Positions 38,801 through 49,300 of a stretch of DNA of 64,000 nucleotides are shown here, piece by piece. Source of the DNA: Antedon mediterranea (lineage: Eukaryota; Animalia; Echinodermata); assembly GCF_964355755.1 (NCBI RefSeq), contig NC_092679.1, positions 4,990,201 to 5,054,200 of the forward strand, in the 5' to 3' direction. The translations under genes and the position numbers were made by a program. Each line of letters opens with the position of its first letter. Positions within the stretch are counted from its first letter, which is position 1. The notes below the pieces were generated by a model that saw only the letters and a program-made list of their open reading frames with translations, was not told the origin of the DNA and searched no databases.

Positions 38801-41800
38801 TCAATGAAAGCTGTGCCGTTACACGTTCCACCACAGTCCCATCTTTGTATATATCCCGCCGCATTGATACAATAACCGCATTGATCACGACCATCTGAAC
38901 TCTCTCGAATTCCGGTTCGTCCACCAACGCAATCTCCACACTCGTTTCTAGTCGCTGTTCCCCCACACTCGCCCGCACAGTCTGTTTCCGTACGTCCATT
39001 ACAAAGGCCAAGGCAGTCTGTTTCCTGGTCACCATTACAAATGCCTGCACAGTCAACAACTCCACGACACTCTTCGTCTGTAAAACCAAAATTAAAACAT
39101 TTATGACACAAACCATAAGGAAGTGAGATTAATCTCGGTCGTAACTTCAAATGAACTAAAGACCATAGGAACATGAAACTTACCCATTTGTCCATCTGTC
39201 ATGGCGGTGGTAAAAGCCACACAGAATTCCTCATGTGTGTCAAAACCAGTAATGTATTCAAATGTAAACTGAAAACGTTCTTCTCCATTTTCTGTATAAA
39301 TTTCCTCAGATGATTCGTCGCTAGGATCGCCAAAGATTTCTGATAATACACCAAATGCAAAAGTAACTAGTTTTGTACATCTATCGACGTTACTCATCAG
39401 GCCTAGGCCTCTTTCGCGAAGACGTATAGCCATATTATGACCATCGCCTGCATCTTCGGCTGCTACGATCGCGTCACATGTTCCGCCTAGGCTGCCATAA
39501 CCCGTCACGATACCCAGTAGTTGATCAGCGTAATTAATCAGTTCAACAATATCTAAATCCTCTTCTTCAGAATCATCGCTTGATTCAGGTAAAATCATGT
39601 CAATAATGTCTTGCCAATTTCTACACGCGGCCACAATGTTTTTCCATACGTTCCCCAAGACTATGTCAATGGCGTCAATAATCATTTGTTTCGGTGGTTT
39701 GTCACCGTTGATTATGTTGTCAACGTTCGGACAGATATCAAGTTCTTCGTTGTAGCCAACAACACCCATCAAGTCTTCCAATATTCTATCGAAGTCAATT
39801 GGTATCAGATAAGGCGGGTAGCCATATATTGGCGCAATGATATCCACACATTTATCAGTCAAGTCACGCATTACAAACTGTGGATCCAAAATAACGCTGC
39901 AGATGTCAGTAATCTCTAGGAGTCTTAAAAGTGGGTCAAGATGCGTACACATAGATCTGTACGCTGCAATACCACTTTCTTTACGGATTGCCTCCCCAAT
40001 GATTCCAATAAACTGATCGAATGTTACGTATGGTAAAAATGTATCTTCATTAAATAAGTTCTCTTCCAGGTCAAAATCACTTGGTAATTCTGGCGGGAAC
40101 GCTGGATTTTCGAAACGGACGTTATTGGTTGTTATATCCAGGGCTAAAGCAAGTTTCCGACACATGTCCGTCCGTGAATAACCCGTAAGCTCTTGGATTG
40201 GAATTGAGTAGCCCTCCTCTTCAAAATGAATAAAGAAACTCTCGCAGACGGACGGATCATGCGCAATTGAGTACAGTTTGTTCATGAAATTACCCGCCAC
40301 CTCGTATCGTCTGTCGGGAGAAGTTTCAGCTCCGGAAGAAGAATATGGATAATGACCAAAATAATTATAGTTTTCAAATAATTCTACAATATCTTCGCAC
40401 ATTTCATAACCATTCTCATAGTCGCCAAGAAAAACGAATGTTGCTTTCATGTAATCTAGTATATCAGGCTCTCCGTCTGAGCTTTGTGTAGCGTCATCGT
40501 ATTCCCGAATTAGTTCGGAACAATCGGACGATCGTGACATCATAGTGTTAACAAAGAATTCAACAAGAACATCGGTTATCTGTAAAACGAGAAATCTCTT
40601 GATTCAGTAACTTAAATTGTATGAAATAATTTATTGTTTTCTATCTCGGCAGATCCGTTTCGAAAGGCGAGGGGAAAAAATAAACGATCGAGTAGACCTA
40701 TTACTACTTCTCTTTGCCAAGTAGATTGGGGGTTTCCTTTTTATTACACGCACTACTATTTAAAGTAAATGGTACTTGCAAATTATATTTCAGTAAAGTA
40801 TGGCTGGAAATTACACTCAAAATCAACACTACGGCAAATACATGTAACAGATTCTGGTAGGGGGACCATGTTCCTTTCGCCCTCCCAACCCCCGCACCCC
40901 ACGGACCTGCGCCGTTGACGGTTGCCATATCAGATAGTCTACATAATATAAACTTTGATCGCCTATAGCTCGCGTCGTAATACTTCTAATACTGTACATG
41001 GGTTCGGAGATAATCATAATTTACGTTGCTAGACTGGGAGAACATCTGCCATTTAGATGGTAATAGTTATATATAACACTAAGTGTTTTCGACAAATTTC
41101 CAATTCATTATTAACCAATAACTGAAATTTGTATACATAAATTATAGATAATTCTCTTAATTAAAAGACCATTCATATTGATTGAATGTTAGAAAGCCAT
41201 TAGACAACAATGCATTAAATTATAATTGTTGTGATCTTGTCGGCCATTTAGAGAGTAATTTTCTATTTCAATCTTGTATTTTTTTGTAATAAATTTGGTG
41301 AAATATATGAAATTATATCAGTTTCGTACTTACAAACTTAGCTAAATTATCGTAGTCCCATTCGACTGATTCAGTGAACAATTTACACATATCATGAGGA
41401 TCACAATCTTCAATTTTGTCAGTATATCGAAGCGCATGGCAAAGATCATTTGCTGTTTCTTCAAGTACACTAACTTCGTCTTCGTAATACCATCCGTCGG
41501 AATTCCATACATCGGAATGCCATCCGTAGGAATTCCATACATCGGAATTCCATACATCGGAATGCTCGTCTACGGGGCTGGGAAGGGGGTAGTCATGGTA
41601 AAAGAAGTCGTCAATATATGTGTTAAACTCATCGACTACTTCAACACATGCAGGCATACCAATATCATCGTTTTCATACAAGTGACTGCAAAACTCTGGT
41701 ATACCACCAGGATTCATGTGACCGAAACCTGGCTCGAGGTATTGACATAAAACATTCATTGCTTCGATTCCTTTCTGCTCCTTCTTCATGTCACCGAATA

Positions 41801-42988
41801 CGCCTAAGACCTGTGTGAACGTTAGGGAGGAAAATATGAGATCTAACCCAGGCCATCGGTCATCATCTGGCGGTTGCTCACCAAAATCAGCTTCAGTGTA
41901 GTCTGTTGGCTGCGTTAGGCTCATAGTCTCAGTTATTTTTTCGCAGAGCTCCCGAGGGTCAGTATAGCCTGTGTTTTCCTCGAGGTTTAGTGGTAAGTCT
42001 TCTTCTTCGAAAGCATGAAGAAACATCTCACATACCTGAGCATCGTAAAGGATGTCATAGAACGTTTCTACCATACGATCTGCGACGTCATCATCAGTCT
42101 CATTACAGTGGTATTCATTACGTCCTTCCCATGCGGCATCGGTTGTATAATATGCCACAAAGCGACAAAGTTCATGAGAGTTGTTATATCTGCCAAGGAA
42201 AGTGAACGCAACTCTGATATAATCTAATGCGTCGAATGGTGGAGGTGAGTAACCCCATCCATTCATCGGTTCACCTGTCGGCCAATTCATCGACCCACTC
42301 TCCCACCAACTGAACGGTCCATCCATCGGTCCATCCATCGGTCCGTCCGTTGGCCCACCATCGGCCAACCAATCCATCGGTCCACCATCGGCCCACCCGC
42401 CTGGTGTCGGCAAATCCATCGGCCCATGCATCGGATCGTTAGGCTCAAGTATCATCATTTCGTTGATATAATGGACGCAATCACCGCCATGGCTATGCAT
42501 TACCGCCTTGAAAAACATTTTCAAGCTAGATGTAAACTGCAAACAAACAATATGATCACTTTAATAGAAAATAATAATGGAATATATTTTAAATAACTAA
42601 TAGTTGACTGTTGGATCTTCTATCCGCCGCGTCAAGGATATGCGACAGTGGTTGTGTTTTATTTTTATACATTAGGTACCTTAGTACACGGAATACTCCA
42701 TTACATTTTGGATGTATGCAATTGGAAATGCGAACGGGTGCTTATAATATTTTACTAGATTAGAGCACTTTTCATATACTATTTGAAGAATTGCATGCAT
42801 TCCCATGGATGCGCACATTGTGCACGCAATGCATACAGGTTACGCAATGTAGACTCCATTTTTACATGATTCGGATCAGGATGATTTTAAATGCGTTTTT
42901 ACTGTTTAATTACCCAGGCGGAGGTCAGAACCCTCTGATATCGCTCTTGTTACTGTTATTATTATTATTGCGCTATATAAGAACTGAC

Positions 42989-43064
<76 letters not shown>

Positions 43065-43844
43065 GCCTAGACTAGATTGACAATAGCGCAGTAGCAGTGT
43101 TACCAATAAAATAGTTACCATATCTGCTATTTCTGTGTTGTTCCATTGAATGACATCCGACAAATAATTGCAGACGTCAGTAGGCTCTTCATGTACTCCA
43201 GTAATGTTTTTGAATGCATATATGAAATCATGATAAAGTGTTTCATAGATTAATAAATCATGTTCCGGCCACCACAAGCCCCATGAATCATCACCGAATG
43301 AAGGGAAGAAGCCACCATCATCAGGTGATAAGTCGTCAGAAGGAGAAGATCTCTTTCTTCTTCGCGTAGCTGAAATGGGTTCAACATCAACATGTCCATC
43401 ATAATCGTCGTCATGACTAAAGATCATTTCGCAGTAATCTCGAGTATCAAACCTAGTATCACTCGCAATTTCAGAGCAAACTTCTCCAACAATTTCGCCT
43501 TCGGAGCACAAAAGCCTTTGAAGATGGACCCCCGCGTCGGAGCAAAAAATATTCAAAACATGGCGGATGTTGTGACTGTTGTACATCTTTCCTATCATGG
43601 TCAGAGCGTCCCTGAATGTGAATCCTGGTATGATTTCCCCACGTTGTGCATACAATTCCATATCACAATCCTCGCCATCCTCATCAGACCTACTGCCCGA
43701 ATCTATCGGACTGGCTCGTTTAACAAGACTGCGTCTAACATCAATTTGCGCATCTTCGGGTTTTTCTACTACTCTCCCATTACTGATAAAAGTGTATGTA
43801 CATACGATAAACACCACTTCATATATCAGTAAGTTTAACCGCAT
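23877..43844 (-). CDS. Giant single-pass REJ/GPS (polycystin-1/suREJ-like) receptor with novel N-terminal repeats (28 exons, about 2720 aa)
   Basis: Exons 43844-43119, 42536-41334, 40579-39184, 39077-38781, 38494-38300, 37813-37660, 37197-37092, 36613-36463, 36069-35992, 35374-35204, 34019-33813, 33674-33504, 33120-32857, 32586-32376, 31999-31851, 31622-31390, 30882-30670, 30525-30396, 29945-29844, 29373-29225, 28424-28242, 27776-27578, 27439-27203, 26980-26824, 26660-26475, 25657-25497, 24865-24599 and 24343-23877 total 8163 nt with consistent phases. It has a signal peptide, DCxGxCxG repeats, REJ motifs (LDGSLSFDPD..YEWQC; YKFTLIVRKEDRS; YPLEYQL), a GPS (CRYWD..WS..CLSNHL|SYFAV) and one TM helix. 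Confidence 0.8.
24912..25146 (-). mobile_element. tRNA-derived SINE family 1
   Basis: Near-identical to 12496-12723. Confidence 0.85.
25956..25993 (-). ncRNA. Minimal type I hammerhead ribozyme motif, copy 1
   Basis: The minus strand reads caCUGAUGA-a-GGGC-uaguguu-GCCC-GAAA-gc-UC-ug: conserved core, stem II and a palindromic AGCU in place of helix III. Stem I is truncated. Confidence 0.65.
26129..26169 (+). ncRNA. Minimal type I hammerhead ribozyme motif, copy 2
   Basis: UUGCA-CUGAUGA-a-GGGC-uaguguu-GCCC-GAAA-ac-UC-UGUAA. Stem I is UUGCA/UGUAA and the predicted cleavage is after 26164. Confidence 0.7.
27930..28230. repeat. Degenerate tandem repeat with core ttatcgtaaatacgttgta / aattacgtag
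   Basis: About four degenerate units of roughly 60-75 bp in an intron. Confidence 0.65.
29575..29735. mobile_element. MITE family D (TIR AGGCCAATTTACACAGACGAGC)
   Basis: aggccaatttacacagacgagcggt ... actgctcgtctgtgtaaatttgcct. A partial copy lies at 61325-61451. Confidence 0.75.
31135..31340. mobile_element. MITE family C (TIR AGCTTGGTTCCCACTAG)
   Basis: agctttgttcccacca ... ctagtgggaaccacgt. It is the reverse complement of 36662-36870. Confidence 0.85.
34207..34370. mobile_element. Small foldback element or MITE
   Basis: tatctatttccgaagtttcataggaata..gtaataca and tgtattac..tattcctatgatacttcggaaatagata form inverted repeats of about 40 bp. Confidence 0.65.
34536..34715 (+). mobile_element. 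tRNA-derived SINE family 1 (head and body)
   Basis: A-box TGGCCTGGTGG, B-box GGTTCAAGTCC, then a body shared with three other copies. Confidence 0.85.
35549..35699. mobile_element. MITE family B copy
   Basis: agctctgcctacac ... gtgtaagagct. Confidence 0.75.
36662..36870. mobile_element. MITE family C copy
   Basis: agcgtggttcccactag ... ctagcgggaaccaagct. Confidence 0.85.
37253..37484 (+). mobile_element. tRNA-derived SINE family 1, near full length
   Basis: ggagtggagttgtggcttaatgg..gggttcaagtcc..aaatatggtaaaa. Confidence 0.85.
37991..38107. mobile_element. MITE family C, internally deleted
   Basis: Both TIRs are present and the middle is missing relative to 36662-36870. Confidence 0.8.
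42988..43064. repeat. (TAT)n microsatellite
   Basis: About 25 TAT units with one interruption, in intron 1 of the REJ-like gene. Confidence 0.95.
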
Positions 43845-45029
43845 TTTTAACTGGTAATTCAACGCATTCAAATAATGATTGCGTTGGTTGGTCTACGCGG
43901 CTCGGTGTTGCTTCTGCAGTAGCCAAGCTTTATTCGTCGACTTTTACAAGGATGATGTGCTTTATTGATTACCCCACGGATTCTGTAATTCTTGTTATCT
44001 CAACCATAATAATATTTGATATAAGCTACCTCATGAATATACAATACAGTACTCTAAAATCATTATTATTATGCTATTCGTGATTGGTTCACTTGTTGTC
44101 AAAGTAACAGTAACAAAGAATAACCATGGATAAGAAAAAATAGGATCAAAGCCTTCTCATGACGATATCGTTCACTAATTACCGTAGGAAATAGCGAACG
44201 CAGCACACGATTGCGTGCGCAGCATCATGTGCACGTGAGATATGCCAGTATATATATATACATATATAGGCAACTTTATTCCAAAAAATGTAACAAAACG
44301 ACGCACTGTGGATTTACAAAATCTGTTACGTTCTTATATGCATGCATCCTACAACAACAAAAAATATAAAATAACGTAAAAATAAAGATTCAAAATAACA
44401 AAAGCCACTTATTTCTGTTGCTGGCAATCTCACGCAAATTAATTAGGTCGTTTAAATTATTTATCTTAACATTTCTGATAAATAAATCATTTCTAAGTGT
44501 ACTTAACAGATATGCCAGTATGCTATGTCTATTTGCAGGTCGTCAAGGTGTCGTTTCTATGCCAGAGATTAAGTTGTTAATTTAGGCTTAATTAAGGTAG
44601 CATGGGGCCTAAACCATTTGTAATTTACCCTTAATAGTTGTACACAACAATAAACCATTATTAATAGGCTATAAACACAAATTCCATGTATTTAATACGT
44701 ACTAAACATTATTCATTCTCCATTTATACATCTATTTAGAATAAAATACACCGTTCATATCGATCGTTTGACCTTCATCCTTTTAAAAATAGACTATTAT
44801 AGCCATTATTCACAAAAAAACGCGAACACATTCATAAATAGTGTTCACCATTTGTAGTTATAGCAACTATAATAATATGAATTTTAAACGAATTGTTGTC
44901 GACGAGAAAGACAATTAATACCGTAAACTCTCGATTTTTAGGACTCTTGGATGGGCTTCTTTTCGAGATTACATTTTCAAACTGAAAGGGGACTTTTAGA
45001 ATGAATGCTGTAAATGTCTATGTATTACA

Positions 45030-45360
45030 AATTACACAGTAAAATCCCTATTCTTTTTTACATTTTCTTTTTATAAACGGCGTGGTAAAAAATATTATTA
45101 GACTATATATAGGTAATATTACTTGAATTTTACGTTTCTGGTGTTTTTATTCATCTTCAGACGTATTTTCGTGCTATGGTACAAATTATCCACTGCATAA
45201 TACCCACCGGCTATGGTGTGATTACTGAAAAAAAGTCTGTCTGGCTTTAGCAGCAGAATTTTGGCAAATTTTGTATTTGGCCATTTTAAGGAAAATTCAT
45301 ATTTCGTCTTGATTTCTGTTACATAAATTGGTTTATGCTAACCAGATATTATATTTATAA
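45030..45360 (-). mobile_element. Internal fragment of the TTAA element seen at 55439-56033
   Basis: Reverse-complement similarity, e.g. ttcgtcttgatttctgttaca versus tgtaacagaaatcaagacgaa. Confidence 0.7.
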
Positions 45361-46332
45361 TGCACATGGGTCCCATAGCAATTAAAACATATAGGCCTAC
45401 AACATGAAATTAAGAACGCGTCAATTATTATCAACATTATTTATTATAACCTATTTTTGTATAATCTTAATTTCATAGGCGACCAGGAAAGAAAATAATA
45501 CTATAGAAGTATGCCAAGAACTATGGCTCTGGTTAGTATTCATAAATTGCGCCCCCAGTCGGCATAGGTCGTGCGTGAACGATTTCCATTTCTGTTGTTT
45601 TCAGACAACGACCGCGTACGACGACGAGAAAAAAAGAGAAGGAAGAAGAGCGTGGCTGCGGCGAAGTAAAACTCTATTTCGTGAGAAATACGTTTATAAA
45701 ACTATCTAGGTAATTGTTATCACGATCAAATAGTCTAACGTGTACTAGGATAACTAGCTCCAATAATAAACTCTAGGCCTAGAGAGTAGGGCTAGCCTAC
45801 TATCTAGCTAACACTGGACTGTGGTAGTATAAAATAATACTTAATAAATAGGCCTGGCTGCTGGCTGGGGCCTAGGCCTACTACTAGCCGACCTAGATAG
45901 CCTACCTAGGCTAGGCCTAGAGCAGCTCGAGGCGGGAGAGAGAGAAAGTCGGCTTATTAGGCCTGCGCCTGATTAATTAAAGACTGTTCTTCCTAGGTAG
46001 GCATAGGACCTAGCCTCTAGATATCCACTAGGCCTACATGCAAAACGACTGACGTATCCATTCTTTACTTTATTTACTAATTTTACTTTAATAAAGACTT
46101 TTCTAGGAATTGGGCCTGCCTGCCATGTTAATTGTTATGACAATTTTTTTTTTTAAAGCAGAGATTATCTTATCTGATCAACCAATGCAAAACTAGACCT
46201 ATAGACTAGGCCGAGATCGCTAGGCATATAACCTACGGTATCTCCTCTACTCTAGTACATTGGCTATTAACTTTATACAATTTTTTTTACTAATATTAGG
46301 CCTATATTATTTTAGGTTAAACTCATTACAGT

Positions 46333-49300
46333 ATGTCGTTTCCTCCGCCTGGAAGGCCTCTTCATCAAGTGCCGCCAATGCCACCAGGTATTCAACCAAG
46401 AGCAGCATTTGGGGCCTACCCCCGAATGCCAGGTAAGTTGCAAATGCTGCAAACAGATAATTTAATTGAGATTATTTAATATATTGATAATTAAATTGAC
46501 TTTATGTTTAAAGCAGAATGCACAATTTAAGTACTACTTTAAAAAAGTATAATTCTCGCACCTGTTTGTAAGTAAATGATGAGTGTTTGGGTCATATAAT
46601 GTCTATGTACATAGAGGATTTTTAAACTTAAATATTTTTTTTCAAGGTCAGCCAGTTGGACCAATGAGGATGATGACAGTTGGGATGATGCAAAGGGGAA
46701 TGGTAAGTCATTAAGATTGTATTTCATGTCGACACTGAAATATAGTAGATGATGCTTAATTGTTATTGTGCAGACTTGTAGCTGCAGGTATCTCAAAGGG
46801 GTTCAAACTTAAGTGTAGACTTGAATTAATGTAAGCTGGAGAGAAGGACTGAACCAATGCCACCATAACATAAGGATTTATACTACTACCACTATCAAGA
46901 TTCAAAAACTAATTATCTAAATATTAGTTATATGTAAGAAGCCTTAAGAAAATGTAATGTCGGACAAGGTACGCTGATTGCTATTTTACGAAAGTGTAAT
47001 CAAATCTGTTATGACGTTCTGTTGTAAATCAATCAAATATGTAAAATAACTAAAGCAGCATGTACAATAACTGGCGTAGAAATTGAAAGTTTAAGTTATC
47101 TTCGTGATAAAACGGCTCTTAATAAATTAGAATGGATAATTATGAAAAAAAATGTGACTCATCCACTAAATAGTATTGTAAGTTTTAATAGATCTGGTAG
47201 AATTCGGCAATGCAAAGTTAAAACCAACCGTTTTAGTGATTCCTTTTCCCATTATGCTTGTCATCTATATAATGTACATTTTTCAAGATCATTAGTTAAG
47301 TTGTTATGTTTTTATATTGTGTTTTAAATTGTATTGTATCTATATTTCTAAACTTAGGAAAACACACATTATATATGTTATAATTATTTGTTTTTGTTGT
47401 TAACGTTTTCCGTCTTCCGACATTACGCTTTCCACAATTTGTTTCCATTTTTGTCTGTTGTATGGCAGGATGGTTTGTTATTGTGTTAGTGTCTACTTGT
47501 CCTTGTAGGTCTTTCTTTATTTGATTCATCCAGTTATTTCTTGGTCTTCATACGGGTCGTTTGATTGGGGTATCATCCAGTAATCTAATTATATGTTCAT
47601 ACCATTTTAGTCTCCTTCGTTTAATTCTTTTACTCCATTCTTCTTGTTTTTTTATCTACAGTAGTATATTTTCGTGTTACACACTCTATCTGTTAATTTA
47701 ATATTTATCATCTTTCGCAACATTTTCCTGTGATATATATCTATACTTTCTTGTAATTTTTTTGTTTAGTACCCAGAGTTATAATTATGTGACAATAAAT
47801 TGAATCTTGAATAGATAATGTTCTTTCTGTTAGCCGAACATACAACTAAATGTGAATAACTTTGATTTGTTTATATCTTTAGCATCCAGGTATGATGCAA
47901 GGTATGCCACAAAGACCAGTGATGCCACATCCTGCTACAACCGCCACTTCAGCTGTATGTTACATTGTATTATAAATAAACACACATCAGGCATACATAG
48001 AACATTAATTCTAAATCGCCTGGTGATATACTGAAATTTAATTAATTAATTTGATACGATAAAGATGATGAAAGGTCACCCCAACCAAGTCTCGAACCCG
48101 GAACCTTCTGCATAATATGCAGCTGCATAGTGTATCAAGCAGAAGGTTCCGAGTGCGTATCCTGTATTATATTATATAAATAAAAAAAAACTACTACCAT
48201 AGTTCCCCGGGTATAATCCCACCCTGGGTATAATCCCACCCCGACTTTATGATCACCTTCGCACACAAGCATTTCCCTGGGCAAAGTCCCAGTGTATAAT
48301 TTAACATTAGGACAGAGGTGGTCCTACAGCTAGGCCTATGTCAATTTTTTTTGTAAACAAATTCTCCTAAAAAATAGAGTAATTTCTCTGAAATTCGGCT
48401 GACTTGAAACTCATCGGCCATCGTAAAGGTGAATACAAGCAAAGGCCATTATCGCCCCCATCGTAGCGTTCTGCACATGCTATCGCCGGGTACATTGTTG
48501 TTGTTGCTGCATGCTTGATTACCAAAAAAAAACACCCTCTACACCGACCGGAGCGTGCGCAGTATGGTGTCACATGAAATGCGTCATGAGAGATCACTTC
48601 AAATAATAGTATACCAAATTATTATATCGAATTTGAACAATAACATAACAGGCCTAGTAGTCTTCTAGTTTGAACATCTGCATAGTGTATCAAGTAGAAG
48701 GTTCTGAGTTTGTATCTTAATAGACACGTTTCTCGCTCGCGACCAATCAGAAATAGTGGGTATAGATTTGTAAACAAACCAAACACCGCTCTCGCCTAGT
48801 GCGTGTTGAAGCATAGCGAAATGGCGACTTTTGTTGCAAGGTGTATCATAAATGTTTTATATGTTTGATAAATCGTGAATTTAACTACACAAAATCACTG
48901 AATAATATTCCTGTTTTTCATTTTCAAACACTTGCTGAGTGGTTTGCGTCTGCTCCGAAGGATAGTGGCGCAAAATCTTGGAATTTTTTCAAGGAAAGGT
49001 ATCCACGACGTGCTCGTGTCTCCGCCAGTGGCGTTGCCTGATGCGGTACTTGGTCTAATACTAGGCCTAGGCTTGGGTGTCTGTGAAAGCGCCGAAGAAC
49101 ATCACATAATACATGGAAGATGCCATAGGAGCATGAAGAAGAATGAAAGATAATAATTAATATATTTACGCAACATTTGTAAATAAAATCAACAGTTAAC
49201 ATGTATTAAATGCGCCGTAATTATATATGTCAAACCAAAAATGACAATACATAAATAAAGTCGATGATTCCGAATCAAATGCCCAAATAATTCTACAGTG

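Noticed and set aside
42906-43118. Poly-Asn C-terminus of the 321-aa ORF (and poly-Tyr on the plus strand)
   Set aside because: This is read-through into intron 1 across a (TAT)n microsatellite. A good donor at 43118 joins exon 2 in frame.
39611-43857. Plus-strand ORFs overlapping the large REJ exons
   Set aside because: They are antisense to coding exons and have no recognisable motifs or splice context.
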